Assembly (NCBI GenBank): GCA_017499595.2
Contig: CM038998.1
Location: 1,612,001-1,676,000, forward strand
Reading direction: 5' to 3'
Length of the DNA: 64,000 nt
Source: Psilocybe cubensis
Lineage: Eukaryota
In this document: one piece after another, positions 23,107 through 35,928 of the stretch
How positions within the stretch are numbered: the first letter of the stretch is position 1
How the letters are laid out: each line of letters starts with the position of its first letter
Position numbers and translations under genes: made by a program
Notes under the pieces: generated by a model
Told to the model about the DNA's origin: nothing
The model's database searches: none
Seen by the model: the letters and a program-made list of their open reading frames with translations, nothing else

Positions 23107-26075
23107 TCAAATCATGCCTTCATGCTGGGGAATTGCAATAGGCGTTCTCTGTCCCATAGCACTCCCAGGTCGCGCGGCAGAGCGTGGAGGAGGAGGTACG
23201 GGACTGCGTGGCGCAGGGCTCGCCCGTGCAGACCGTGGTGGTCTCTCGCGATACATATCAGCCCCATAGTTATCTCTGTCTTTGATGTTATCTCTGTCTT
23301 TGATGCTATCTGACCGCTCTCGTGTCCGGTAAGGGGTTGCGCTCATCGGCGGACGAGGAAGAGGCGAAGCAAGAGAAACGTTTGGTATATTTGCAGTTGG
23401 TGCTGAAACAGGTGTAGAAGCCTGTTGTTGTTGCACCGCCGAAACAGGTGTACGCGCACGCGCCATTGCTGAAGGAGGATGATTTGGAGCGTTTTGGCGG
23501 GAAGAAAAGAGAGGGGCGGTAGTGCCGTTATTAGTACCTTCCAATCGGCTGCCGATATTAGAATATGCAGAGCTGGCGCTATTGGGAGTCATAAGTTTAT
23601 TCGGAGATTTGAGAGCTGCTGATTGTGGTAATGGCGGGTATAGACCATCGGAGTTACCTACTGGCGGAGGTGCGGCTTTTTCAACAAGAGGAGTAGGTGT
23701 ACGACGACGGTTGATTGGTGGCGGCGCTGCAGATAGCGTGGGTATAGGCGGAGCGGGTGGCAAAACTGTTGCAGCCGGTTGTTCAACTTGCTTCGCAAGG
23801 CTAGCTGTTGACATTTCTTTTGATAGTCGATGTTCGCTGAAGGAAAATGCGGCGGCAGGCTTTAGAGGTTCTTTCGGTGTTTCCAGAAGTAGGTCATCCA
23901 AAAGGTAACGAAAATCGAGACCGTATTCTTGCAGAAGTTTTTTGCTTTGGGCATGAGTAAGCTGGATGGCGTCTTGCACAACTTTAGGTTCAACGTCCTT
24001 GGAATACACTTGTTTACGAAAAATATTGCAGTAGCTTTCGAGCTGGTGTTTAGTCCAAGTTATAAATGCTATGTAAAAGAATACGTCAGCCAATAAAATT
24101 AAGAAATACAAGAGACACTCACTGCTGGCAACTTCATTTTCCTTGAAGCTAGCCAAATACCAATCTGCTGTGTGTTTGATCCCTGTAAAGTAGACAATGG
24201 CTAACTCGCCTATATAAGTTTCAATATCACCCTCAAAACGGATTTTTCGCATCAGACTGTGAATAACTTGAGACCGCATTTCCAGAAAAGTGTTGCGAGC
24301 CGCAGCACCAGCCTTCAGACGATTAAGCAAGGTGATGAGGTTAACTACAGAGGTTTTACGGTTTGAGTGCAGGCTCAAAGATGCGAGTAGAGAAGTTATT
24401 AGCTGGCTCGTTAACGAAGGTAATTTTGAGGCAAGGAGAGGAATTACGGCGGCTTTAGCTTGTCCTGAAAGTACTTGTGAGAGGATACAGTGGAAAGGTA
24501 GGTACTTCATACCTTGCTCGACTAGATCTACGGCTTTACTCCATTCCTTGAGTGCAATAGCCACAGTCAAGCCATCAGACCACTCTCCAACCCATCGTGC
24601 GTCTCTTTCTGCTTTCTCTTTAGCATCTGTACCAATTCCAGGAATATCGCCTCCTTTTTTTGCCAGCTCAGCCATCCAGTCTGGTACAGGAGGAACAGGC
24701 GAGCTTCGCTAATCACTGCATGAGCTTGAATTATGGGAGTAGAAACTATGACTTACCCCCCCACCTCCACCTCCTGTAACCTGCCACAAACTTTTCCGCC
24801 GTTCGTGCTCGCCTTCACGCTCCTTCCTGCGCTTCTGCGAAAGCTCCTCTGCCACTTGTCGGAATTGAGCAAGTAGACTCTTTTTATCACTGGGTGTCTC
24901 CGTCCTGTAAACATGAGTTTCCTTCCCATGACGGATTTTAAAGACATTGGTCATGTCTAGTAGTATTTGGTGAGTAATTGCGTTTGGATGATGAACGACT
25001 TACTTACTAGGCGAATCTTTGGTATCAAGTACCAGCATCTCGCTCAAAGGCCAGCACCTCTCAGCTACTAGCTTGCCCTCATTCACAGTGGAGCCACCAC
25101 CATCTCCTCCAGCGTTTCTTCTTCGCCTTTTCGCCACTAGAACAGCATCATCCAGAACAACAAACTTCACCTTTCCAGTAACTTTGTATGTGGCTGCATT
25201 CAAGCTGAATACATTCTCCATTTCTCCGACGACATGGCGTCCTGGAGTGGTTGGAACAAACTTGGAGGCTCCTTCGATAGAGGCATGTAGTGTCTGCATT
25301 TGATTGAAGTACAGTACTCGCAGATCGGCGACAGATGAACGCTTGTATGTAGATAGAGTATACGAAGAGGTGGAGGTTGGATCAGGGATGTGGAGAGTGG
25401 ACGGCATAGATTTGTAGTCGGACAGCAGATCCTTAAGTTCAAGCATTTCATTCTCCAGGACGGATATCTCTTTGGATATCAATACGAACTCGGCGTAACT
25501 GAAGGGAACAAAGTAAGCCGATGGGCGTTGTTGAAACATTGAATACCTACTTTTTAAATACGCTCCGCTGAAGTTCGGACGATGTATCGGCAACCGCATT
25601 GCGGAGAGAAGACTGCAATGATTTCAGTTCGGCTTCGGTAGAATTCTCTAGTTTTAGTTTGAGATCTGAGGTGAGTTTAGCATCGCCTGTGTGAAGTTAA
25701 AACTAAAGTCATACATGCAGCTGGATCAAAATCGTCAGCACTAAGAAGTTTCTTGTCGTCGGTAGCGGCCTGGGCGTCATCTCTGGCACCGGTGCGGTCT
25801 CTGACATCTTCCTCTCCTTCGCGCCCTGGTATGGCAGATGTCTGACCAGCAGGGATGAGACCCATAAAAGACGGCATTGCCGGAATGCCAGAGAGTTGGG
25901 TTGGACTGGAAATGTCTGCATATCGAGTTGACATGCGCTTCTTGATCTTGTCGTCGATGCGGTTCTTGTTCCTGCCATCGCGAGGGGTAGGACCTGCGCC
26001 AGGCTTTGCAAGCTTTGTCTGTGTTCGCTGGGCCTTTCTGGGGGCCTGTGAGGGCCGGGAACGCAGGGATTCCAT
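23107..26075 (-). CDS. EXO84: Exocyst subunit Exo84
   Basis: N-terminal KKRMSTRYADIS and DDFDPAA, NYAEFVLISKEISVLENEM, PH region (VVLDDAVLVAKRRR, ERCWPL), RFEGDIETYIGELAIVYFTGIKHT; Pro-rich C-tail. Confidence 0.9.
23269..23304 (-). repeat. Perfect 18-bp tandem duplication inside the EXO84 tail
   Basis: GTTATCTCTGTCTTTGAT twice on the + strand; encodes IKDRDN-IKDRDN. Confidence 0.9.
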
Positions 26076-26231
26076 GGGGTTGGGTTGGAGAAGAGGAGCC
26101 CGGGAGCAACGAAAGGGAGGGCAGCGGCGTGACAGTCACAGCGGGGTGTTGGGCTGACGTCGATTGTGATTAACTAAAACAAAATAAATAGGCAGACGGT
26201 TGCTCTCTCCCGCCACCGTGCAAAGCCAGGC

Positions 26232-27908
26232 ATGTACTCTTCCCAGCCGCAGGCATCTCCTTCCCAGCAATGGGACAATCAACAACCCCGCCACTCAGTC
26301 TCAAGAGAGTTTGCCCCAATTCCAGACCTCCCCCCTGCTCAATCCCAGTCTCTCAGCTCCTCTCGTTCCAACAGAGATCTTCCAAACGTTCCGTCCAATC
26401 TGCCAGAACCCGAGCAGGAATATTTTGATCAGTCGCCAGAGCAGGAGGATGACAACGACGACTTTTTCAACGGTGGCACAGCTAACCACAATGGCGGACT
26501 CCATCCAGCGTCATCATACAATCCCGCCGTAGGAGATTATCGTACTGCTGGGTCAGTCGCCACACAGTCTGTGCGATCCCCCTCTCCCCCTCAGGGTCCT
26601 ATTCTCGACCACTCTCATCTGCGTCCTGGAAACCATGCCGCCCTTCTTTCACACGAACGAACCCTCGAGTTATACAGGGCCAATGCCAAGAAGACACAGG
26701 ATCCTGATCTCCAGTTCGAATTCGCTGTATTCATGATCGATGCCTCCAAATCTATGCCCATTCCTGTCCAGACGCCTGGTAATGTTATGGAGGTAGAAAA
26801 AGCCATAGATAAACGTGAGGACCTTATTCGAGAAGCTATGGGACTCTTGAAGCGCCTCGCCGACAGAGGCCATCCACAAAGTCAATATTTTCTGGCCGAT
26901 TGCTATGCAAATGGAATTGGTACCGTCAAGAACAAGCAAGATTTTGACCGCGCATATCCCCTATTCGTCTTGGCGGCTAAACACAATGTTCCTGATGCTG
27001 CCTACCGCGCCGGTGTATGCTGTGAGAACGGTTGGGGATGCAGACGCGAGTCTCCCAAAGCATTGCAATTTTTTCGCAAAGCAGCCGCTGCCTTGCATCC
27101 AGGAGCAATGTATAGGCTCGGTATCGCAGAACTCAACGGCGAACTCGGTCTCTCAAAAAGCCCTAAGGAAGGCGTAAAATGGCTCAAGAGAAGCGCAGAA
27201 AATGCGACGGCCGAATTTCCCCATGCCCTGCACGAACTTGCTTTGCTCCATGAGCGGGGCATAGATAATGTGCTTTTTGTGGACTACGAATACTCTACGG
27301 AACTATTGGCCCAAGCTGCGGAATTGGGATATGCGCCTAGCGCATATAGGCTTGGAGAGTGCTATGAATACGGTAAAATGGGGTGTCCTCAAGACCCGGC
27401 ATTGTCAATACACTATTACGTGGGTTTGTTCGATATATTGATGCACATCAACTCATGGACTTGCGCCAGAATATTGCCGCTCAGCAAAATCACCGTGATG
27501 CATGCTTTGCCCTGACGGCATGGTACCTTGTGGGCTCCCCAGGCGTGCTACCCCAATCAGACACAGAGGCATTTCTTTGGGCACAAAAAGCCGCGGATGC
27601 TGGGCTTGCGAAGGCAATGTATGCTGTCGGTTACTTTTTAGAGGTCGGCATCGGGACAACAGCCAACATGCAAGAGTAAATTTCTTCCCTTTCTTATTAC
27701 CTTGGGCGAAATTTATTTATTCTCTATGTCCAGGGCGATTTCATATTATAAACGTGCTGCCGAGTTGGGAGACAAGCGTGCCGCTCAACGCTTGCGTGGC
27801 TCTCAAAGCCAGCCAATGCACCAACCTGGCGGACCGGGCTCGGTACTCCATCGCGGAGAAGAGTCCAATGGAAAGGGCGGGAAAGACAAGGACTGTATCA
27901 TCATGTAG
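26232..27908 (+). CDS. SKT5: Sel1-like-repeat chitin synthase activator (Chs4/Skt5 family)
   Basis: Multiple SEL1 repeats (SQYFLADCYANG, AAYRAGVCCENGWG, AMYRLG, SAYRLGECYEYG) and a C-terminal CAAX box KDCIIM*. Two introns. Confidence 0.88.
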
Positions 27909-28997
27909 AGCAAGATGATTTCCTCAACCCAACCTTCGTCAAGTTTAGCGAGCCACTCCTTGGTGTATTCGTATCCACCACCATCACCTTCCTTTGATTA
28001 TCTGCGCTATTCCGTCGCTATATTATTTCTCTTACGCGGAAGTTTCCCTCTTAATTATTCATTATCTCCGACGCATCTTAAACTATCGCATCACACCCCT
28101 CATTCCTTCATGTAATCACACTCTTGTCTGACATCGTTTCCAATGGACAAACCTTTTTGTAAAGTATTATCTTACATAGCATACCATATTATCATACATT
28201 TGAAGGCTAGTAGAAATATGTTGGGAACAAGTCTTACGCCTAGCAAAGCAACCCACTCGATCTTTCTACCTGTAGGGCACTGGCACACAACTTTCTTTTT
28301 GGGTGAAGCATGTGACCACCGTCAATAAACTGTTTTAAAAAAATGTATAGTACACGGCGCAGGGATTACTTACATCAGTAGTACATCGGTCGCCAAATTC
28401 CAACCCTGTCTTATTGCTCGAGTCTTTCAGTTTATTAGGAAATAAGATTTTTAAGTTCGGAAGCTCACAGACAGGGCATTCCTCCAACAATACGCAACAT
28501 TATCCAAATGTTCCATGCATGTCGAAAATCTGTTTCTTTAGAGTGCATTCTTTGATATAAGATGTTCTCTATAAGCTATTACAACTGCATTAAGGTCCAC
28601 TCGCGTCCACTCATAGTACAGCAGATCCTTAATTGCATTCATTCCAAGGAAGCTGCGAAGCAGGCTCTTGATCACGAAAATCGCGTCTGTTAATCCTACC
28701 AGCCTGAGTCTCCACTGGAAGCTCCCCAGTGCCAAATCAAAATAATAAGTTAAATAACTCTCGCTAACTCTGACATTTGATAAATTCTGCTACGCGAGGC
28801 TTGTCTTTAATTTATTCATCATTCGTGGTGGCTTGACGTTTTTTGTTAATTAGCATTCCCTGAGGATGAGGGTAGTAATGAAGGAATAATCCTTGAGCTC
28901 TGGTTTCATGAGGCTTCCATGTCTTATTGAAAGCTGTTCTGAGGCCCTTGTATGTATGGCATAATGATATAGGTGTATCAAAGCGCTCCATCAACAA

Positions 28998-29088
28998 GGA
29001 CCCCTAGCTCAGTGGTAGAGCGTGAGATTCCAGCCAGTATCGCACTTCTGATTCCTCAAGGTCATCCGTTCAATCCGGGTGGGGTTCA
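28998..29088 (+). tRNA. tRNA-Trp(CCA) with a ~19-nt intron (about 29034-29052)
   Basis: Acceptor GGACCCC/GGGGTTC plus discriminator A; D arm GCTC-AGTGGTA-GAGC; anticodon CCA at 29030-29032; variable loop AGGTC; T arm ATCCG-TTCAATC-CGGGT; T5 Pol III terminator at 29090-29094. Confidence 0.9.
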
Positions 29089-29430
29089 CTTTTTCGTCTG
29101 GTTATTTCCATACTATACGTTCTCGAGAATGAGGTTTTTTGACAACGAAAGAAAAAAGCTGTAGAAAAAATAAGCTTCCGGGTAGTACACTCTCTTAACA
29201 GGTTCTTGTGCTTTAATTCTGAAATTCTGCAGGAGTTAGAGGTCTAGAGACCTGAGTAAGCCGACAATATATAAAAATGGCAGATCAATGGCGAACACCT
29301 TGACTTACCTGATCATGGTATGAAGATTGGTAATAGACGCTTGCTTCTGACTTACTAAATAAGGATTACATCATGTGTCCCACCGAATATAAGATGCAAG
29401 ACCAATAGTGTAATTCATGGTATAACAACT

Positions 29431-30682
29431 ATGTCATCTACACACACCGCTATCGCAACTGTTTCCAAAGGTCACTTTGATGCGATTCAGGTTCCTACCG
29501 AATTACCGGGGGATGGAGAGGTGCTCATCAAAGTCGAGTACGGCTCAATGATCGCCTTTGATACCTATGTCACCGACCGCGGATTCTACGTTCAACAGTA
29601 CCCATTGGTTCTTGGATTTAGTGGAGCTGGAACTGTAGCCAAGTTGGGTGCTGGCGTACAAGGTTTGAAGATCGGCGATCGGGTATGTTTTGTTATTTCA
29701 TCGCAATAGACTTTTCACTGAGATATATACGAGGTCACTGCGTTTGGCTATGGGGCCTCACGAAACAAATCTCTTCAAGAATATTCGATACAACCAGTGG
29801 AAGTGGTTGGAAAGGTCTGCTTTGTCATCTGGCTTCCCCCATGCGTTGTTTGACGGCGTCCCGTCGATTCTCTAGATCCCAGACAGCCTTTCTCTCGCCG
29901 AAGCATCAACCATCCCGGATAATTTTGTAACGGCTTTTTACACGCTGTTTAACCAACTTGGTCTGCCACACCCAGATTCTTTCCCAGCAACAGTCTCCCC
30001 ACCTCTCGCTGACACTCCCATTCTTATCTATGGTGCCGGTTCCACTGCTGGGATATATGCCATCCAGCTTCTGAATTTGGCTGGATATAAACAAATTATT
30101 GCCACCGCTTCAAAGAAGCATCACGAGTACCTTCGATCTTTAGGAGCCACTCATACCTTTGACTACAACAGTCCCGCACTCGTGGAAGATGTGGGTAAAG
30201 TTGTAGGTGGAGATGGCAAAGTAACGTTGATCCTTGATTGCATCACCGCCGAGTCAACTGTAGAATTGCTTTCAAAAATTGCCAGTCCACATGGAAAAGT
30301 TGCGCTCCTTCTCCCTGTCAAACAAGGCAATACCGTCACGAATGACAAGAATCACGCACTGTGGATTGACTATACTGCCGAGCAAAGCCCTTTTGTTAAA
30401 GGGACGACCGTTATAGGGGTAAAAACCTTCAACTATAGACAGGTAGGTGCCTTGTTACATTCTATCGCAATAGCTGGTTAATATCCCAGGTAGGATGAAT
30501 ATCTTAGCAAGAACCTGATGCCAAAAATACTTCCATCGTTGCTCCAGTCTGGATCAATTAAACCTAGTCGTGTGCGCTTATTGGACCAGGGATCTCTCAA
30601 GGAACGGGTTGAAGAGGGTTTGGAGCTCCTCAGGAATAACAAGATTAGTGGTGAGAAGGTGGTTGTGAAGATCCAGCCATAA
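29431..30682 (+). CDS. Medium-chain dehydrogenase/reductase, zinc-free enoyl-reductase-like (GroES fold)
   Basis: GEVLIKV, YPLVLGFSGAGTV, LKIGDRV, LIYGAGSTAGIYAIQL, LRSLGATHTFDY, ISGEKVVVKIQP*. Three introns. Confidence 0.9.
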
Positions 30683-30955
30683 TGACTTCAATGTAGCCAT
30701 TAAAAATTAAAATAGCTGAACTATGTGTGTATATTTTTCTGAATACAATGTTCGGCCATGTGGACGACGCGACGTAATCTACGCGCTCATTAACATCACG
30801 TGACAGTGCGAGGAAGGTCACGAACACCGGATCTGGTTCGTGTTTGATTGCCTGAATTGACCCCAGATTACCCCATACGTTGGCACTGGCAAGGTCCTTC
30901 CGTCAAAGTAATCGCTCCAACGCCAACTGGTTCTTGTACCCAATACCTGCCTCCA

Positions 30956-33900
30956 ATGCTACATAATACCAACCGCTCAATTACTCTGAAGCCTCTATCT
31001 GCCTCTCTCACTAGTCGTACATCTAATGCAGTGTCGCGTCGAGCAGCGTCGCGCCCGGTATCAACCGCCCCTGCTACCTTTCAGAATCGCTCATTGAGAA
31101 ATCCTATCCCCCAATTGAGTGCAATCACGCTCCGTTCAGGGTGTTCCACTATATTCCATCGAGCTTATGCATCAGAATCCCATGGTCAGTTATTTCTTCA
31201 TCGGTAGTTTTAAAGCTAACTTTTCAGCAAAGGTTCAGCTGAGGAAACTCGATTTCCCCACTTTGATAAGATCCTTATTGCGAATAGGTGCCAGAACCTT
31301 CATTCTACATTTAGCATGAAATTATTAACAGCCATGTAGGGGTGAAATCGCATGTCGTGTCATTCGGACTGCTAAGAAGCTCGGAATAAAGACGGTCTCT
31401 GTATACAGCGAAGCAGACGCAGACTCTCTTCATGTCCAAATGGTGTGTCTCTTCTTTTTGGCTGCCTTTCACTACCAACAATCGTTTTAGGCAGACGAGG
31501 CATATTGTATTGGACCAGCTCCTTCTGCGGAGAGTTATGTCAGTCCAATGCATCGATAATTCGAATTTCGCATTAATAGATGCCATTAGCTCAAGATGGA
31601 GAATATAATCGAGGTTTGTCACCTTAGTGGCGCTCAGGTGTGCAAAACATTTTTGCCTATGGATCTATTACTTACTTCGAAATGGTTAGGCTGTACATCC
31701 AGGGTGAGTATGGCATTTTCCATTAGCGATGTTGTAAACTCAGTATGTATGTCGAAGATATGGATTCTTGAGCGAAAATGCGGCGTTTTCAAAAAGACTC
31801 GCTCAGGAAGGCATTGTATTCATTGGACCACCCGCAAGTGCAATCGTGAGTATGGGATCCAAGAGGTAAGCACAAAGTCGAGTTTTTATATCGGCCAATT
31901 ATTTCTAATGTCTGAACCAGTGAATCTAAGAATATCATGTTGAGCGAGTACTTTCATCAAAATTTTTGAATCTTTACTTACTTTTTTTTAGACGCCGGGG
32001 TTCCGTGTGTGCCAGGATATCACGGAGAAAATCAGGACGTTGAATTTCTATTCAACGAGGCACAGAAGATAGGTGAATTGACCGCAAAGTAAATTGATCA
32101 GCACAAATTGAAGCATTCTTCAGGATTTCCAGTCCTTATCAAGGCTATTCATGGCGGAGGCGGCAAAGGAATGCGCATTGTCAGCACGCCTACCTCCGCC
32201 GCATTCCAAGAAGCACTCTCCTCAGCCAAGCGCGAGTCACTGAAGGCCTTTGGAAACGACAAAGTGTTGATTGAGAAATACATTGAGACGCCCAGACATA
32301 TAGAGGTTCAAGTTTTTGCTGACACCTTAGGATCAGTAGTCAGTCTATGGGAACGTGATTGCTCGGTTCAGCGGCGAAACCAAAAGATTATAGAAGAGGT
32401 AACTGCAACACAAGTTTTTATCAACCAAGGATATTGATAAAAATATCTAGGCCCCAGCTCCTGGATTGTCTACAGAACTCCGCGCCGATTTAGGCGCCAA
32501 GGCGATAGCTGCCGCAAAGGCGGTCAATTATGTCGGTGCTGGAACCGTCGAATTCATTTTTGACAATGATACGGCAAAATTTTACTTTATGGAAATGTAA
32601 GCTTTTGGGGCAGGTTCCCAATATTCCCTTCATTAAGCCATTCGATGCAATAGGAATACCCGTCTTCAAGTTGAACATCCGGTAACAGAAATGATTACGG
32701 GTCTCGACCTTGTAGAATGGCAACTAGAAGTATGTTGAATACGGTTCTTGCGCCGAAAAAGTTGACAAATTATTTGCAGGTGGCGGCTGGAAACCCCTTA
32801 CCGCTTTCACAAGCTTCAATACCCTTAGTCGGCCACGCGTTTGAGGCCCGTATATATGCAGAAAACCCCAGGAACAGCTTCTTGCCTGATTCTGGGACTC
32901 TGCTTTACATGTCGACGCCGAAGCCCACGCATATCTTTGCACCAACTTATCCACTGGCCAAATCTGCAGGGGTTGTGAACCCAGAGTCCTGTCTAGGTCC
33001 TCCCGCTTCCGCCAACTCCTCGCTTGAGATTATGCCATCGTTGCGCGTTGAACAAGGCTTCAACCAAGGCGCAACCATTGGCGTGTTTTATGATCCTATG
33101 ATTGCGAAGGTGGTTGTTCACGGCAGAGACAGAACAGAGGCTTTACGAATGCTCCGTAAAGCACTAGATGATTACCACGTTGTGGGTGTGTCGACTAATG
33201 TGGAATTTTTGAGAACTTTGGCAGGAAACAAGTCCTTCATCGACCAGGATGTTGAAACTGGTTTCATATCAGTGAGTCGGACCCCTTCTGCCATCGACAG
33301 ATTCTCACATGATTACAGAAACATTTCAATGAGTTGTTCCCGCCCGTTTCTGTACCGGAAGCAAATATATATGCGCGGGCAGCGCTATTTGTCACCCTTC
33401 GTGACCAACGGCAACAGGGACCAGCACTGACAACGCCATGGACATCGTTGACCTCTCGTCGCTTTGGTGGAGAGAAATACACTCGGACAATCAACATCCA
33501 AACAGAAGATATGCAAAATGAAACGAAAGTTCATGTCGTTCAAATATCAGACAGTTTATACAACATTGTTGTAGAAACTGGACACAAACCCGTCCATTTC
33601 ACCTCTGTGTCTGCCCAATTACTGGATCAGACAACACTTTCGGCCACTTTAAACACCAACAACACCCGCACAACCATTGTATCACAGCCTCCACACCCTG
33701 CCGTACCAGCCTCACAATCGCCAACAACCATGGAACGTCTGCATATCTTCAGCGAGGGACACAAAACTACCCTCATTCTGCCGACTCCAAAGTGGTTACT
33801 CTCTCTAGGAGGTGACTTACTTTCTGCTAAAGGGGCATTGAGGGCGCCAATGCCAAGTTTGATAGTTGAACTAAAAGTCAAGGCCGGTGACCGGGTGGAG

Positions 33901-34053
33901 AAGGGTCAAGCCGTTGTGGTAATTGAAAGCATGAAAACTGAGACGGTTTTGCGAGCAGATGCAGCGGGTATCGTCAAATCCGTGGGATGCAAAGCTGGCG
34001 AGATGGTAGAGGAAGGACGGGAGTTGGTGGATATCGAAGCTGATGAGCTATGA
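30956..34053 (+). CDS. mccA: 3-methylcrotonyl-CoA carboxylase alpha subunit (biotin carboxylase plus biotinyl domain), mitochondrial
   Basis: R/S-rich presequence; [59 protein letters not shown]; biotinylation motif ESMKTE. Confidence 0.9.
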
Positions 34054-34137
34054 TGTATAACAATCTTTAAATCATCATCTATAATGTGAATACGTGTATT
34101 ATTTGACGAACTAGTTTTGGCAGGAGGTGGTTCCAAG

Positions 34138-35618
34138 CTACAGGGAAGTAAGTGACAGGACTCCGCTGGGCGTTGGCGTCGTGGCATCATGTCCGGGTAT
34201 TTTTGTGTGGGGCTTTCCTGTATCGTTGGGAAGAAAAGGCGCACCTGAACCAGGAGGTTCAGGATTCTGTGTGCCTTGAGGCGTTATGGTAGTGGCCTTT
34301 TCTTCATGATCCTGTTCATCGTGTGGCAAGGAAATTTCAGTCAAAAGCATTCGATGCTCCCTTGGGGGCTTCTTCTCGATAGCTTCGATGATTTGTTGGA
34401 ACTCTTGCTCCCCAGTTAAAGATGTCATCAAGTGTTCCATGTCTGAATAGTCTTTTGCCTGACTCAATGTTTGTCGCATGGCAAGGGAATCTGCTTTCGT
34501 GACTTGCATCCGAGTGCCTTTGAATTGACCAACACAAAACTTGGTAAGGCTCCAATGATTTTGCAGATACTTGCTCTGTGGTCAGAATGTAACATTCTAT
34601 AAGCTCAGAGTAGATCATAGCGGCAAGAAAAGTCATACCAAGTTTAGGTACGCGGGAATTAAAGTTGTCTCCACATCTTTCAAAGGCTCTGGAGAAAAGC
34701 ATGACGGATTGGACTCTGCCCCCCTGGCTATCATCACAGAATGTGCGCCGGTTACAGCGCGTACTCTTTTGGCATCTTCCCAATCCTTACAGTCACCATT
34801 TTCAACCACAGCGATATCTTTTCCCATCCCCTCCACAAACTCAACGATCTCTCTCAGTCTTTCGATAACAGCTCTATCCTTCTCCCTCATATTCCTCGTC
34901 CGACAATGGACTGTTAGCGCACTCACGCCGGTGTTAACAATACGCTCGACAAGTTTTAAAGTGTCTTCTTGTGAAGGCAGGAGACGGATTTTGGCAGTTA
35001 CTGTGATGTGGGAGGGCATTGCTTCCCGCAATGCAACGAGGATCGCGCACAGCAAATCAGGATTGGTCAACAAGGCAGCACCCATGCCAGCATGTGTTGA
35101 AAAAGGTTTCGGGCACCCACAATTGAGGTCTATGCCTGATATATCCTGCATTACAATCTTCGCTGCTTGGACGGCTAGGTCTGGGTCGGCTGACCCCATC
35201 TGGTATATAAGGTAGGGTTTTTCGATCGGATGCGTGGTGAATATAGCACGGGAGACCCCATTATATGATACAACACCAGTCACAGCTACTATTCATGAGA
35301 TTGTGTTGGCCAGCAAAGCGACGTTGGTAAACTTACGATCTACTTCTCTTGTGGAATGGAGGATAGCTTTATCGACAATCTCAGGACCCCAGACTAGCGT
35401 AGCACCGTGCTTTAAAGCAAATAAACGCGTAGGTACTGCAAAGTCAGACACAGTAAGCAGAAGATATTTGAATGGATAAGATTCTACGTACAAGCCCCAG
35501 AGCGAACCATAGGTGCCAGAAAGACGCCATTCTTGAAATCCTCCTTTGTGAGGTGATCCATCTTTGCTCGCTTGCTCGGTCTAGGTGAGGAAGAAGGCGA
35601 TAGGGATCTACGCGACAT
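34138..35618 (-). CDS. DUS2: tRNA-dihydrouridine synthase 2 (Smm1/Dus2)
   Basis: FLAPMVRSG, PTRLFALKHGATLVWGPEIVDK, IDLNCGCPKPFSTHAGMGAALL, LTVHCRTR, ENGD, MIARGA. Confidence 0.92.
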
Positions 35619-35928
35619 GCTCAACAATTTAGATATCCGTGAAAGCAATTTGTGCATCAATCGATACGAGCACTTGAAAGTGCGGGACAAGCCATGTAAT
35701 TAATTTTACCTCACCAACTCTTTTGTAATTTATTTGGTTCGACCCTTTGATCATAACAAAAGAGCGGTAATATCAGTCAAATTGCTGCTTTTGAGTAATA
35801 TTGTAGCTAAGTCCAAGCGACATTTCCTTCCCCTCCATGCTGAGCTACTGGCAACAGAGCAAGTAATCCAAACGACATCACCCCCATCCAAACCCAGTAC
35901 ATTAATAAATTAACACCCCTCCATTACT

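Noticed and set aside
28538..28760. Protein-like fragments between SKT5 and the tRNA
   Set aside because: Short, stop-interrupted and unrecognisable; not enough evidence for a gene or TE.
34571..35215. 214-codon plus-strand ORF
   Set aside because: Antisense shadow of the long DUS2 exon.
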